From Thermodesulfobacteriota bacterium (GTDB lineage Bacteria; Desulfobacterota; Binatia; Bin18), in contig OZ219926.1 in NCBI GenBank assembly GCA_964291405.2, forward strand, positions 1,216,001-1,280,000: a stretch of DNA of 64,000 bases, given 5' to 3'. Shown here piece by piece: positions 48,587 through 59,060 of this stretch. The stretch's first letter is position 1; every line of letters begins with the position of its first letter. Both the position numbers and the translations under genes were made by a program. Under the pieces are notes generated by a model. The model ran no database searches. It was not told where the DNA came from and saw nothing but the letters and a program-made list of their open reading frames with translations.

Positions 48587-49984
48587 ATGACCGTCGCTGA
48601 TTTCACGCGGTTGGGCATTTCTGATGTTGTCGGCCTGATTCGGACGGGCCAGCTCTCGCCGGTAGAACTCGTTCAGTCCTGCATCGACCGCATCGAGTCG
48701 CTCAATCCTGGGTTGAATGTCTACCTCACCGTCCTGGCGGACGAGGCGCTGGTTGCGGCCAAAGCGGCGGAACAAGTGGTAACGACGGGAGATGCACTCG
48801 GGCCGCTGCATGGCGTTCCCGTTGCGCTGAAGGACAACTGTGAAGTTGCGGGAGTCCGGCTGACCGGGGGGACACCGTTCTTGAGGGACAACGTTGCGAC
48901 CGCCGACGCCGAAATCGTCTCACGCCTGCGCCGGGCGGGTGCCATTATTCTGGGCAAGCTCAATATGCACGAATGGGCCATTGGCGGCACGACACGCAAT
49001 CCGCATTATGGCCCGTGTCATAATCCCTGGGATCGAGACCGCATTCCCGGCGGTTCCAGCGGGGGCTCGGGCGCAGCCGTTGCTGCGGGTATGGCACTCA
49101 TAACAGTCGGTACGGATACGGGTGGGTCGGTACGTATTCCGGCGGCGCTGAATGGGGTCTGCGGTCTTCGACCTACGATGGGTCGCATCAGCAATCGGGG
49201 CGTTATTCCGGTCAGTTGGACCTTTGACACGGTGGGTCCGCTGGCCCGACGGGCGGAAGATATCGCGCATGTGTTGCAAGTCCTGGCCGGCTATGATTCG
49301 CACGATTTGACCTCCCTCGATCAGCCGGTTGGAGATTATTTGACCGGACTCAACGACGGCGTCAAGGATTGGCGCATAGGACTGCTCGGTGGACATTTTC
49401 AGACAGAGCCCCAACCGGCGGTGGTGACGCTCATCAAGCAAGCGGCCCGCGTTTTTGAAGAGCTGGGTGCCCGCGTAGAAGAGATAGAGTTGGTTGACGC
49501 GAAAGAAACGATTGAGCGCGCGAGTGAGATGCTTCTGGCTGACGCCGCCGCATTTCATCAAGCCCGGCTTGCGGAACGGGCGGAAGGTTTCGGACCGGAC
49601 GTCCGGACACGGTTACAGATTGGCGCACAGGTCAGCGGCAGCCAGTATGCCCTCGCCCGCCAGGAGCAGCGCCGCTGGCAACGCCAGCTCAAGCAGACCT
49701 TTGAGCGCTACGATCTCCTCCTGGCACCGACCTGCGGCATTCCGGCTCCACTCATTGAAGAAAGCGAGGGCGTCCAGACAACCCGACTCCTGACCCGTTT
49801 CACCTATCCGTTTAGCTTGGCCCAAGTGCCAGTGCTGAGCGTCCCGTGCGGATTTACCCAAGGCCCGCTTCCGGTCGGCATGCAGCTCATCGCCCCAGCC
49901 TGGGCAGAGGCCGCTATCCTGCGTGCGGCACAGGCGTATCAGCAGGTCACCGACTGGCATATGCAACGGCCTAACGCGGGATAA
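48587..49984 (+). CDS. Amidase-signature family enzyme
   Basis: GPLHGVPVALKD, GGSSGGS, GTDTGGSVRIPA. Confidence 0.92.
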   Translation: MTVADFTRLGISDVVGLIRTGQLSPVELVQSCIDRIESLNPGLNVYLTVLADEALVAAKAAEQVVTTGDALGPLHGVPVALKDNCEVAGVRLTGGTPFLRDNVATADAEIVSRLRRAGAIILGKLNMHEWAIGGTTRNPHYGPCHNPWDRDRIPGGSSGGSGAAVAAGMALITVGTDTGGSVRIPAALNGVCGLRPTMGRISNRGVIPVSWTFDTVGPLARRAEDIAHVLQVLAGYDSHDLTSLDQPVGDYLTGLNDGVKDWRIGLLGGHFQTEPQPAVVTLIKQAARVFEELGARVEEIELVDAKETIERASEMLLADAAAFHQARLAERAEGFGPDVRTRLQIGAQVSGSQYALARQEQRRWQRQLKQTFERYDLLLAPTCGIPAPLIEESEGVQTTRLLTRFTYPFSLAQVPVLSVPCGFTQGPLPVGMQLIAPAWAEAAILRAAQAYQQVTDWHMQRPNAG

Positions 49985-51713
49985 GAGGCAATACGATATG
50001 GGAGGGGCGGCTCTCATCATGAAACACGCGCTGCAAGGCTGGTTCTAGCCGCCGCGCCTCGGCGGCAGCTTCTCCGGTCTGCGGATTGCGATCAAAGCGT
50101 GGGAAATTCGAGCTGGCAATCTCGACCCGTATGCGGTGGCCGGCTTTGAAGACATTGCTGGTGGCCCATAAGTCTATGGAGTATTCGTAGACCTCTCCCG
50201 GGGTGAGCAGTTCCGCCGCTGCGCGCGATTTCCGATAACGCCCGCGCAGAATGCCGTCCGTGAGATTACACGCATAGCCGTCCGGCTGTACGTCTACCAG
50301 CTTGGCGGTAAAATCCGTATCCACAGCGCTGGTTGCCGCATACAAACTGAGCGTGACAGGACCGGTCACCTCCAGGTCTCGCTCCAAGACTGGCGTGGTG
50401 TAGACCAATACATCCTGCCGTTCCTCGATTGCGCGTTGATCGAATGCTCCGCCCGGCATAGCTGCCGGCCAGCCGGTTACCCCGCCGCCTCTGGTTGGTA
50501 CGGGGTTCCGGGGGTCGGAGACATACACATCCGCCGGTTCGGTACGCGGCGGCTCGGGACTCAACCGGCCATCGCCGCGCAGGCTCTTCGCGTTGCCGTT
50601 ACTGTGCAGGTAATATTTTGTGTATTGGGTGCGGGCGAGCGGCCATTCATTCTCCATCCGCCACACATTCTCGCCCATGACAAAGATACGCACTGGCGGC
50701 TCTTCTAAGAGCCCGTTCTGTTTTCCTTTGAGCCAGTAGTCAAACCATTTGATATGGAGGCCGTCCAGGTCGGTGACGAAGGCATGACTGGAAAAGCCGT
50801 AATCCACCTCTCCGACTACGTTGCCGAGGGGCAGGGTGTGATACCAAGGGCCAATAACGAGTTTTTGGCCCTGCCGGGATTCCTGAGTCGCCCCATGCTC
50901 ACGCATGCCGAGATAATTCCGGAGCGTGCCGCCCAGAAAAATATCGTACCAGCCGCCCACATTGCAGACCGGCACCCCGACCGCGCTATGTCGGGATTCA
51001 ATATTCCAGCGTGCCCAGTACTCGTCGTCGTCAGGGTGGGCAAGCCAGTCATAAAAATACGGAGCAGACTCGTTCAGGAGCGGGAAATCGTTCAGCGGCA
51101 GATGCTGAAACCATGCGCGCAGGTCATCAATCGCGCCGATCAACTGCCTGAGTCGGTCCGCAGGCGCACCATCTTTCCGGATCAGGCGCATCAACGTATC
51201 CGGCGCAAGGCGAGCCAACGTCCAACTGACGTTAAACCCGAGGGCAAAGGCTCCGCCCTGATACGCCCAGCCTTCGTGATAGTGGGAGGCGGTAATCAGT
51301 GGAAAAATGGCTTTGAGATGGGGGGGCGTACTGATCGCGGCGAGCCACTGGGTCGCACCGACATAGGACGCCCCATACATGCCAACGTTACCATCAGACC
51401 AGGCTTGAGCCGCACACCACTCCACCGAATCATAGCCGTCCAGGATGTCATCTCGGAAGGCATAAAACTCCCCATCGGACGCGTACCGCCCGCGGGTGTC
51501 CTGGATGACCACGGCATACCCCTCGCTAGCCGTCCGTATGACGTCAAGCATCAGGATTACTCCAGCGAGCAGATTTTTATTATACGGCGTGCGTTGGAGG
51601 ATAACGGGATATTTCCCAGGTGTGGCCGGGCGGTACACGTCGGCTCGCAACACGGTCCCATCCCGCATTGGGACAGGGACGTCTTTTTCAATGCTGAGAC
51701 TTGATTCTCCCAT
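49971..51713 (-). CDS. CocE/NonD family hydrolase
   Basis: MRDG, RTPY, QDTRGR, GASY, GGWYD, GPWYH, SSNFPRFDRN. Confidence 0.92.
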   Translation of the reverse strand: MGESSLSIEKDVPVPMRDGTVLRADVYRPATPGKYPVILQRTPYNKNLLAGVILMLDVIRTASEGYAVVIQDTRGRYASDGEFYAFRDDILDGYDSVEWCAAQAWSDGNVGMYGASYVGATQWLAAISTPPHLKAIFPLITASHYHEGWAYQGGAFALGFNVSWTLARLAPDTLMRLIRKDGAPADRLRQLIGAIDDLRAWFQHLPLNDFPLLNESAPYFYDWLAHPDDDEYWARWNIESRHSAVGVPVCNVGGWYDIFLGGTLRNYLGMREHGATQESRQGQKLVIGPWYHTLPLGNVVGEVDYGFSSHAFVTDLDGLHIKWFDYWLKGKQNGLLEEPPVRIFVMGENVWRMENEWPLARTQYTKYYLHSNGNAKSLRGDGRLSPEPPRTEPADVYVSDPRNPVPTRGGGVTGWPAAMPGGAFDQRAIEERQDVLVYTTPVLERDLEVTGPVTLSLYAATSAVDTDFTAKLVDVQPDGYACNLTDGILRGRYRKSRAAAELLTPGEVYEYSIDLWATSNVFKAGHRIRVEIASSNFPRFDRNPQTGEAAAEARRLEPALQRVFHDESRPSHIVLPLIPR

Positions 51714-51907
51714 AACGTTGCTCCCGACCGGTCATACTAACCACGCTTGCAAACTGTCCCTGATACGATTCGGCACCTAGCCGACCAGCGGCTCGAATGT
51801 CAAGGCGAGCACCCATCCCACGAGCAATAAAGCGGGGGGTCCTTGGCCCACCCCAGCTAGCCTGTAATGGCAAATGGTTTTTCCTACTTTCTATCTGATC
51901 TGTGAGC

Positions 51908-52096
51908 ATGATACCGTCCTGTCCCAGATGTCTGGTGGAACTGCCTCGGGAGGGATATTGGCGCGCCTGCCAGATGTTTAACCCGAACAACACAAAGCGG
52001 GTGTGTGGTCAGTGTGGGGCTACACATCCGCCAGTTGATTTCACAGGCGTTCACTGGCCAGAGATTGCGGCTGCAATCAGGAGTGAACAGGACTAA
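51908..52096 (+). CDS. Small putative zinc-ribbon protein
   Basis: CPRC...CGQCG in 62 aa; ends 10 bp before the cupin start. Confidence 0.45.
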   Translation: MIPSCPRCLVELPREGYWRACQMFNPNNTKRVCGQCGATHPPVDFTGVHWPEIAAAIRSEQD

Positions 52097-52106
52097 GGGG
52101 GCCGGT

Positions 52107-53210
52107 ATGGACACGCAGAATGGAAAATTTGTCGATTGCTCGGGCGCGTCAGCACCAAAGCTGAACCTCTGGCCGTCCGTCCTCATTTCCAAGGAAGACA
52201 TTGAGGCCGAAGTCGCCCGCCTCGCAGATGGCTCCACTCCGGCGAATGGCCGGCGTGCCTCCCTGATCGTCCATCCAAACGCTCGTGAACCAGGTCTCGG
52301 GCTTGCGCCTGGCATCCGCGTGACGCTGAACGTACTGCGGCCCGGCGAGCAGACCCAGCCGATTCGCCATAACTCCACCCAGGTGGATTTTTGCATCCGT
52401 GGTGCGGGCTCCGTTATGGTGCACGGCAGGCGTATCGACTTCGGGCAGTATGATGTGTGGAATACTCCATCAATGGCCCCATATTGGTACATGAATGACG
52501 GTGATGAGCTGCAAGTGCGACTCACGTATAGTAACGCCGCTCTGCTCGAAAAGATGAACGTGCATATTGTGGATGACGACCCACCGCTGACAGAAGGGCC
52601 TGAGGAAGCGCCGGAAGCAGAGGCAAGCGCGCAGGGTGAAGGCGAAAGTCCCTTTGGCACCTTCCAATTAAACGAGGACGGCGCGTTCTTAATGCCCTAT
52701 GAGCGCCTTATTAATCCGACAGCAGTCGCGTCCGCCCCGCTGCACTGGCCCTGGCAGCGAGTCAAGGCGGAACTCGATAAATTAGCCGCGCTGGGCAAGG
52801 ACTACGTCGGACGACGGTTGTATCTGCTGTACAATCCAGCCACCGGCAGAACAAACGGCACCACCCAGAATTTCTTTGCGACCATGACGGTACGGCCGCC
52901 TCGAATAGTTGACCGTCCACACCGCCATACGTCGGCGGCAATCAATTATTATTTTGCCGGTAGTGGGCGCAGCACGGTCGAGGGGAAAATCCACGAGTGG
53001 AAGGCGGGCGACCTGATGCTGTCAGCACCGGGTTGGGGCGTTCACAACCATGCATCGTATGATGAGCCGGTGTACGAACTGACGATTCAAGACCAGCCCC
53101 TCAATATCGCCATGGAGTCGCTGTTGTGGCAGGAGAGTTTACAGCAATCCATGAAAGTACTTGGTGCGCAAGCCGGGTTCGCCACCAACCGGAAGGTTGG
53201 GAGGAATTAA
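52107..53210 (+). CDS. Gentisate 1,2-dioxygenase-like bicupin
   Basis: RRASLIVHP, RRLYLLYNP, PHRHTS, WKAGD...PGWGVHNH, IQDQPL. Confidence 0.82.
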   Translation: MDTQNGKFVDCSGASAPKLNLWPSVLISKEDIEAEVARLADGSTPANGRRASLIVHPNAREPGLGLAPGIRVTLNVLRPGEQTQPIRHNSTQVDFCIRGAGSVMVHGRRIDFGQYDVWNTPSMAPYWYMNDGDELQVRLTYSNAALLEKMNVHIVDDDPPLTEGPEEAPEAEASAQGEGESPFGTFQLNEDGAFLMPYERLINPTAVASAPLHWPWQRVKAELDKLAALGKDYVGRRLYLLYNPATGRTNGTTQNFFATMTVRPPRIVDRPHRHTSAAINYYFAGSGRSTVEGKIHEWKAGDLMLSAPGWGVHNHASYDEPVYELTIQDQPLNIAMESLLWQESLQQSMKVLGAQAGFATNRKVGRN

Positions 53211-53328
53211 GGGGTCCTCAGCGGTCTAAAATCCGGCACGGCCTGTTGCTATATAACGACTTCATCTCAACCGAACCTCGCAAATTTGGTTACTGACGGA
53301 GTTTTACGGTCCAATAAAGGAGATCACG

Positions 53329-54309
53329 ATGAAAATCGGATTCAACATGCCACAGCTCACGACGTTCGCCAGCCGGCGGGCCGTCCATGAATTTGCAGTC
53401 CGTGCCGACCAGTTGGGCTATGACTCACTGTGGGTCCAGGATCACTTGCTGTATCCAGAACGCCCTGCCCAGAGTCATCCCATACACCAAGCTGTCCTTG
53501 GGCCGGACAAACTCGTGCAATGGCCCGAGGCGTACGAAAACTTACTCGCGCCTTTGGAATCACTCGCCTATGTCGCTGGGATAACCCAGCATATCCGCGT
53601 CGGGACTTCCGTTCTGGTCTTTGGCTATCATCGGCCCGTGGCGCTCGCCAAACAAATCGCAACTATTGACCTGCTCTCGGGCGGACGGTTCGATCTTGGT
53701 ATTGGCCTAGGCTGGTCACGCGAAGAATACGCACAGATGGAGACGCCATTTGAGAAACTGGGCGCTCGTTGTAGCGACTTTATTCGCGCCTTACGCGCGG
53801 CGTGGAAGACGAATCCAACCCAGCATGACGGTCCATTTTACACTATTCCACGGGGATCAACCTCACCCAAACCGACGCAACGTGACGCCCACGGTAACCC
53901 AGCCGTACCGATTCTTGGTGGCTTTCTGAGCGACGCAGGCTTGTCACGGGTAGCTGAGTTGTGTGATGCCTGGCATCCGGCTGGTCATACCGTCGAGCTT
54001 GCGATCACGCGCATGCAACATATTAACCGGATGGCAAAAGAGGAGTTTGGCCGCGGTCCGCTTCAACTCGTCCATCGTGTGTTTGCCGCCCCTGCCTTAC
54101 CCAGTATTGAGAAAATCGGTGACCAACTCATGCAGCCAAACTGGATCGGCACGCCTGACGAGATGCTGCCACAGCTCAAAGAATGTAAGGAGGCCGGCAT
54201 CGATGAAGTCGTTATTGACACGAGCTTCTTCCAAGAAATGACAAGTGAAGACGACTGGATCGCCCAACCCGACTTTTTTAAGCCGTTGTTGGACGAAGCG
54301 CATCGGTAA
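53329..54309 (+). CDS. LLM-class F420-dependent oxidoreductase
   Basis: SLWVQDH, GTSVLV, LAKQIATIDLLSGGR..LGIGLGWS.EEY, PKPTQ. Confidence 0.88.
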   Translation: MKIGFNMPQLTTFASRRAVHEFAVRADQLGYDSLWVQDHLLYPERPAQSHPIHQAVLGPDKLVQWPEAYENLLAPLESLAYVAGITQHIRVGTSVLVFGYHRPVALAKQIATIDLLSGGRFDLGIGLGWSREEYAQMETPFEKLGARCSDFIRALRAAWKTNPTQHDGPFYTIPRGSTSPKPTQRDAHGNPAVPILGGFLSDAGLSRVAELCDAWHPAGHTVELAITRMQHINRMAKEEFGRGPLQLVHRVFAAPALPSIEKIGDQLMQPNWIGTPDEMLPQLKECKEAGIDEVVIDTSFFQEMTSEDDWIAQPDFFKPLLDEAHR

Positions 54310-54330
54310 TTGCACAAGAGGAGGACACCC

Positions 54331-55461
54331 ATGCCAGCCCGTCTGACCGACGGCTATGTCTCAGCTGACGGCCATGTCGTTGAGCCGGCCGATTTATGGA
54401 CGACACGCATGGACCGGCGCTTCCGAGACCGGGCGCCCCACATCGAGACCCGCAAGTCGGTCGATTTCTATGTGATCGACGGGCTCGACCCGGTGGCGGT
54501 CGGTCTTGATGGCGCGGCCCTGGAAAGCAAGATTGCCGGCAAGGTCGAGTCGCCGGTGGCCCGTCACGCGGATACCCGTCCGGGAGCCTGGGACCCGCAG
54601 GAACGGCTCAAAGACCAGACGCTCGACAACCTACGGGCCGAGGTGATCTACCCTGGTCAGTGGAGTCTCATGTTCTACCGTATTGCGGATGCCGAGTATC
54701 AACGCGCGGCCGTCCGGGTGTATAACGACTGGCTGAGCGAGTTCTGCGCCTATGCGCCGAGTCGTTTGCTTGGTGCGGCCATCCTACCCATGCAGGGACC
54801 GCTCGAATGGGCTGCCGAGGAAGCCGAACGCGCCGCCAAGATAGGCCTCAAGGCGGTCATGATCCCGGCAGCCGTCCCGGCCCGACCGTATATTCATCCC
54901 GACTATGAACCGTTGTGGACGCGTTTGGAAGAGATCGGGCTGCCAGCGGTCTCCCACTCGGGGACCGCCGCCGATATTGGGGCCTCAACCCACGAGAAAG
55001 CCCGTCGGGTCGGGCCGGGTATGGCGTTTATGGATGAAAAGGCATTCCAACCTATGAACGCCATGACCGAGTTGATCTGGAGCGGCGCGCCCCAGCGGTA
55101 TCCCAAGCTGAAGTTTATCATCTCCGAGGGCGGGATCGGCTGGATTGCCTGTCTGCTGCGCCTGATGGATCACTGGTGGGAAGATCATCGCCACTGGATG
55201 CAACCGCAGCTCAATGAGCCGCCCAGCACGTATTTCAAGCGCCAGTTCTGGGCTACGTTTGAAGACGACCGGGCCGGGATTCTGACCCGCGAACTCATTG
55301 GCGTGGAGCGCCTCATGTGGGGGGCCGACTATCCCCACACCGAGGGCACCTTTCCCAAGTCCCAACAGCAAATTGCCAAGGATTTTGTCGGCGTCCCGGA
55401 CGACGAAGTGTATCAAATGGTGGTCGGTAACGCAGCGCAGCTCTTCGGGATACCGCTCTGA
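54331..55461 (+). CDS. Amidohydrolase family protein (Amidohydro_2 type)
   Basis: SADGHVVEP, SH, EGGIGW, WGADYPH; GAGGAGG RBS. Confidence 0.88.
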   Translation: MPARLTDGYVSADGHVVEPADLWTTRMDRRFRDRAPHIETRKSVDFYVIDGLDPVAVGLDGAALESKIAGKVESPVARHADTRPGAWDPQERLKDQTLDNLRAEVIYPGQWSLMFYRIADAEYQRAAVRVYNDWLSEFCAYAPSRLLGAAILPMQGPLEWAAEEAERAAKIGLKAVMIPAAVPARPYIHPDYEPLWTRLEEIGLPAVSHSGTAADIGASTHEKARRVGPGMAFMDEKAFQPMNAMTELIWSGAPQRYPKLKFIISEGGIGWIACLLRLMDHWWEDHRHWMQPQLNEPPSTYFKRQFWATFEDDRAGILTRELIGVERLMWGADYPHTEGTFPKSQQQIAKDFVGVPDDEVYQMVVGNAAQLFGIPL

Positions 55462-55478
55462 ACAGAAGGAGAACACGC

Positions 55479-56546
55479 ATGATCGAACCGTATAATGCCG
55501 TTGGTTTAGTTCCGACGTTTTGGGGTATCCGCACGCGGGCGGATATGCAGAAAAATATCGAGCATATCCGCAGTTTGACCAAAGCTGCTTTCTGGCTCTC
55601 CAATCTTGATATTCCGGTCCGTCTGCTCGCCATCCCGGAGGGCGCTCTGCAAGGTTTTAATGACGAAGTCCTGGACGTCGATCACACCGAGTTTGCACAG
55701 ACGTGTGCGATTGACATCCCGGGCCCGGAGACCGACCAGCTCGGCGAACTCGCGCGTGAGTACGGAGTTTTCATCATGGCCCAGGCCAAGGCGCGGCATG
55801 AAGACTGGCCAAACCTGTTCTTCAATGTTGGCTTTATTCTCGATCCGGACGGTCAGCTCATTCTCAAACACTATAAGATCTCCGCCTTGTTGCCGTGCGA
55901 GCGTTCGGTGTCGCCCCACGATCTTTTTGACTGGTGGATTGAAAAATACGGACGCAGCCTGGAGGCCTTTTGGCCCGTGGCCGACACCGAGATTGGCCGT
56001 CTCGGCATTATGATGGCCATGGAGGGTAACTACCCGGAGAATGGCCGGGGGCTGGCGATGAACGGCGCGGAAGTCGTCTACCGCGCCTCCCTGCCCGGCC
56101 CGTTCACCCAGAACGATATGTTTGAGATCTCCAATCGGGCCCGGGCGCTGGAAAATAACATGTATATTGTTGCCCCCAATATCGGCGGCTACCACCTCTA
56201 CCCGGACAGCGAGACGCCGATTGACGCCGGCAGCGGCCAGTCCATGGTCGTGGATTACAAGGGAACGATAGTCGGCAAGCAGCGCGACACCAACGGGTCG
56301 ACCTACGTCAGGGGCGTGATCGACATCGAAGCCTTACGCCACCACCGGTCCAACGCCCAGGTCACGAACTGGATGAAGGACGTGCGTGCAGAAATGGCGC
56401 AGCTCATCTATGAAAAACCGATCTATCCCAAGAATCGCTATATCGACAACATCCCCGGCAACCACGCGCAGTACAAAGAAGAAGTCATCGACCAACAGAT
56501 TGCCCTGATGCAGGCCCGCGATATCTGGAAGAAGCCGGCGAAGTGA
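55479..56546 (+). CDS. Nitrilase-superfamily (carbon-nitrogen hydrolase) protein lacking the canonical Cys
   Basis: PEG, FFN, HYK, TEIGRLG, GAEV, RARALEN, GQSMVVD; MAME where ICYD is expected. Confidence 0.8.
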   Translation: MIEPYNAVGLVPTFWGIRTRADMQKNIEHIRSLTKAAFWLSNLDIPVRLLAIPEGALQGFNDEVLDVDHTEFAQTCAIDIPGPETDQLGELAREYGVFIMAQAKARHEDWPNLFFNVGFILDPDGQLILKHYKISALLPCERSVSPHDLFDWWIEKYGRSLEAFWPVADTEIGRLGIMMAMEGNYPENGRGLAMNGAEVVYRASLPGPFTQNDMFEISNRARALENNMYIVAPNIGGYHLYPDSETPIDAGSGQSMVVDYKGTIVGKQRDTNGSTYVRGVIDIEALRHHRSNAQVTNWMKDVRAEMAQLIYEKPIYPKNRYIDNIPGNHAQYKEEVIDQQIALMQARDIWKKPAK

Positions 56547-56577
56547 GGAGATAGGGAATAGGCACGGGAGAGAGAAT

Positions 56578-57441
56578 ATGTCACGGGAACAGGACAATTT
56601 ACTGCCCTTAGTGAGAAAGCTTCGCAGGCGGATTAAGATTCATCGTCCTGCACTTAGCCAGAGCGAGATGCAGACCCGCTACGCACTGATTGATCCTCTG
56701 CTACGAGAGTTGGATTGGGACCCCGAAAACCCTGCCTTTGTGAGACCCGAGTTCAGAGGGAAGGATGGTAGGCCAGATTATGCCCTACTCATTGACGGCA
56801 AACCTGTCGTGATAGGGGAGGCTAAGAGGCTGAAGGCGGAGAATCTGGAAGACGCCCGCAAGCAAGGATTTGGTTACTGCAAAAAAGAGGCGACTCGATA
56901 CCTCTTTGCTACTAATGGCAAGCAGTGGGAAATCTATGACACCTACAGAAATGTATCCACCCCAATAGTATGGTTCAACTTGGAGAAGCATACGGCTGCT
57001 GAAGTATGCAAGAAAGTGAAGGCGTTGCAGAGAAAGAACGTGCTGAGGAAGCATAGACAGCCCATATCCATATTGAGATGGAATCCACCACCAAAATCTC
57101 GTCCAATAAAAATTCAGTTCCCCGACAATTCGGATGTCTCAGTTAAGACGTGGAGATCACTCTTAGTCAAGGTCACACGTTGGCTCATAAATGGCAATCA
57201 CCTCAAAACAAGCCACTGTCCTATCCTGTGTAAGTTGAAAGGAAGAACACACTACGCGGTATCTACCGAACCTTTTCATTTGGGTGGGAAGCCATTTGGA
57301 TCTTCCGTCAAAATAAGATCATTCTATGTTGAGGCGGGCGGTGGCAGCGAATATGTCTCTATCGCCTGTCGAACCATCATTGAACACGTAGGCCAAAACC
57401 CGGCGAAATTCAAAGTCTGGTTTTCTTCACCAAGGACTTAA
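56578..57441 (+). CDS. Restriction-endonuclease-like protein (HsdR N-terminal-like PD-(D/E)xK domain)
   Basis: E..TR..LIDPLLRELDWD, RPDYAL, EAK, Q...Y, TNGKQWEIY; AT-richer than the flanks. Confidence 0.72.
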   Translation: MSREQDNLLPLVRKLRRRIKIHRPALSQSEMQTRYALIDPLLRELDWDPENPAFVRPEFRGKDGRPDYALLIDGKPVVIGEAKRLKAENLEDARKQGFGYCKKEATRYLFATNGKQWEIYDTYRNVSTPIVWFNLEKHTAAEVCKKVKALQRKNVLRKHRQPISILRWNPPPKSRPIKIQFPDNSDVSVKTWRSLLVKVTRWLINGNHLKTSHCPILCKLKGRTHYAVSTEPFHLGGKPFGSSVKIRSFYVEAGGGSEYVSIACRTIIEHVGQNPAKFKVWFSSPRT

Positions 57442-57550
57442 TCTGCTCCTTCATAAGGAAACCACATTCTCTCACGGTCTCAAGAAAAGGGCTGCAGCGA
57501 GCTTCAAACCCTTTGAACGAAATCGGGTATAGGGAAACCTGACGCTTTGT

Positions 57551-58604
57551 CTAATAATGCGCAATAATTTCCCGCGCAAACTCAACAATGCTCTCCTCAA
57601 CATAGCCCCATGGCGGAGAGATCACCATTTGGGTCAGACCGGCGGCTTCTAATTCTTTGAGGCGCGTGATCACTTCCTCTCGGGTTCCGGTCACGCTCAT
57701 GGCTCGAATCACCTCCGGGGTAATGAACTCCTCTTCGCCTGGCTGTAGAAACCGTGAGTGGGTCACATGAATGTCATCCCAGCGTTCGTCCAGATACGCT
57801 CGGTATCGTGGCGTGAGAAACGGTTCAAAATAGGCGGGCGCTTTCCTGCCCTGTCGAACGACCTCATACGCATAGTGCAGCCCAACGGCAATGCGTGGCC
57901 CTACTCGGGTGAGGACCCGAGGGCTATCGAGCGTTTCGCCCGGACGCAGTACGCACGCGACACCGACAGTGACGACCGGATACTCCTTGTGGTCGCCCCG
58001 ATGATTGCTGCCTGCCCCTGGCCGCTTTCTCCAATGTCGCCGTCAGTGCGTCGGGGGTAATGGTACTCACGGTAATCAATCCATCACCGAGTTCTCCGGC
58101 TAGGGCCAGCGCCTTGGGATATGAAGCAGCAAGATAAATCGGGACGGGATCGTTGACGTTGATATATCCGCGCTCGCGGTCGAGGAAACGGATCCGACTG
58201 TGACGCCCGCGTTCATGGTATTCAACGGCTTCTCCGCGCAGCAGTTTTCGACACACGTCGATAGTATGCCGGAACGTATCCAGGCGGACGGGCGGCATGC
58301 CCATGGTGCGCCAGGCAGTGTGGCCAGTCCCGAGGCCCAGAATGGTCCGGCCTGGTGCGAGTTGGTTCACCGTGGCGATCGAGTGGGCAGTGACCGGGGC
58401 AATACGGGTGCCGGCGATGGCCACGGCTGTCCCAAGCTGGATGGTGCTCGTATGCTCAGCCGCCAGGGTCATACACGCATACACGTCTGAGGCCAGCATC
58501 TGGGTATCGACAAACCACGCGTTGCTGAAGCCCATCTGTTCGGCCAGCACGGCATGCTTCCAACTATTTTGAATATGCGACTGAAAACTCACACCAAAGT
58601 TCAT
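57551..58604 (-). pseudogene. LLM-class oxidoreductase split by a single frameshift near 57990-58010
   Basis: ORF 57924-58604 gives the N-terminus; a shifted frame continues KEYPVVTVGVACVLRPGETLDSPRV... without stops into ORF 57551-57766. Confidence 0.8.
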
Positions 58605-58613
58605 GGCATGCCC

Positions 58614-58964
58614 CTACCCGATCTCAACGTCTTCGACAATAAACATGCGGGAGTTGGCGAAGTCCACAAACCTTGCCTCATCCGGGCGGATAATTTCGAG
58701 ATAGCGGGGATGGGTAAACGCCTTGCCAATATCCTCCACACTGTCAAACCACAGCTCGGCGATGCCATCGAATGGCTCATAATCTGACGGCGGGAACCCC
58801 GGCACGGAAGCGCTGAGCGTATGACCCTGGACATATTTGCGGACGTACTGCCAGAACTCGGGCACACTTTTGACCAGTGGGCCGTGGTTGTTCTTCCAGT
58901 AGTCCTGAAACTCGGCCACACTCATCCCGGCCTTGCGGCGCGCGCACCCAATGAATTTCACCAT
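58614..58964 (-). CDS. EthD domain protein
   Basis: RKAGMSVAEFQDYW...HGPLV, YVQ.H, FDGIAELWFD, DE.RFVD. Confidence 0.9.
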   Translation of the reverse strand: MVKFIGCARRKAGMSVAEFQDYWKNNHGPLVKSVPEFWQYVRKYVQGHTLSASVPGFPPSDYEPFDGIAELWFDSVEDIGKAFTHPRYLEIIRPDEARFVDFANSRMFIVEDVEIG

Positions 58965-59060
58965 ACGTTACCCCCTCCATCGAAAGTCGGACAAAAATAA
59001 TCGTTGGCATGGTCGGGTAAATCCGTGTACGAGTCAAGTTGTGATCCCGAAGGAGGACGT

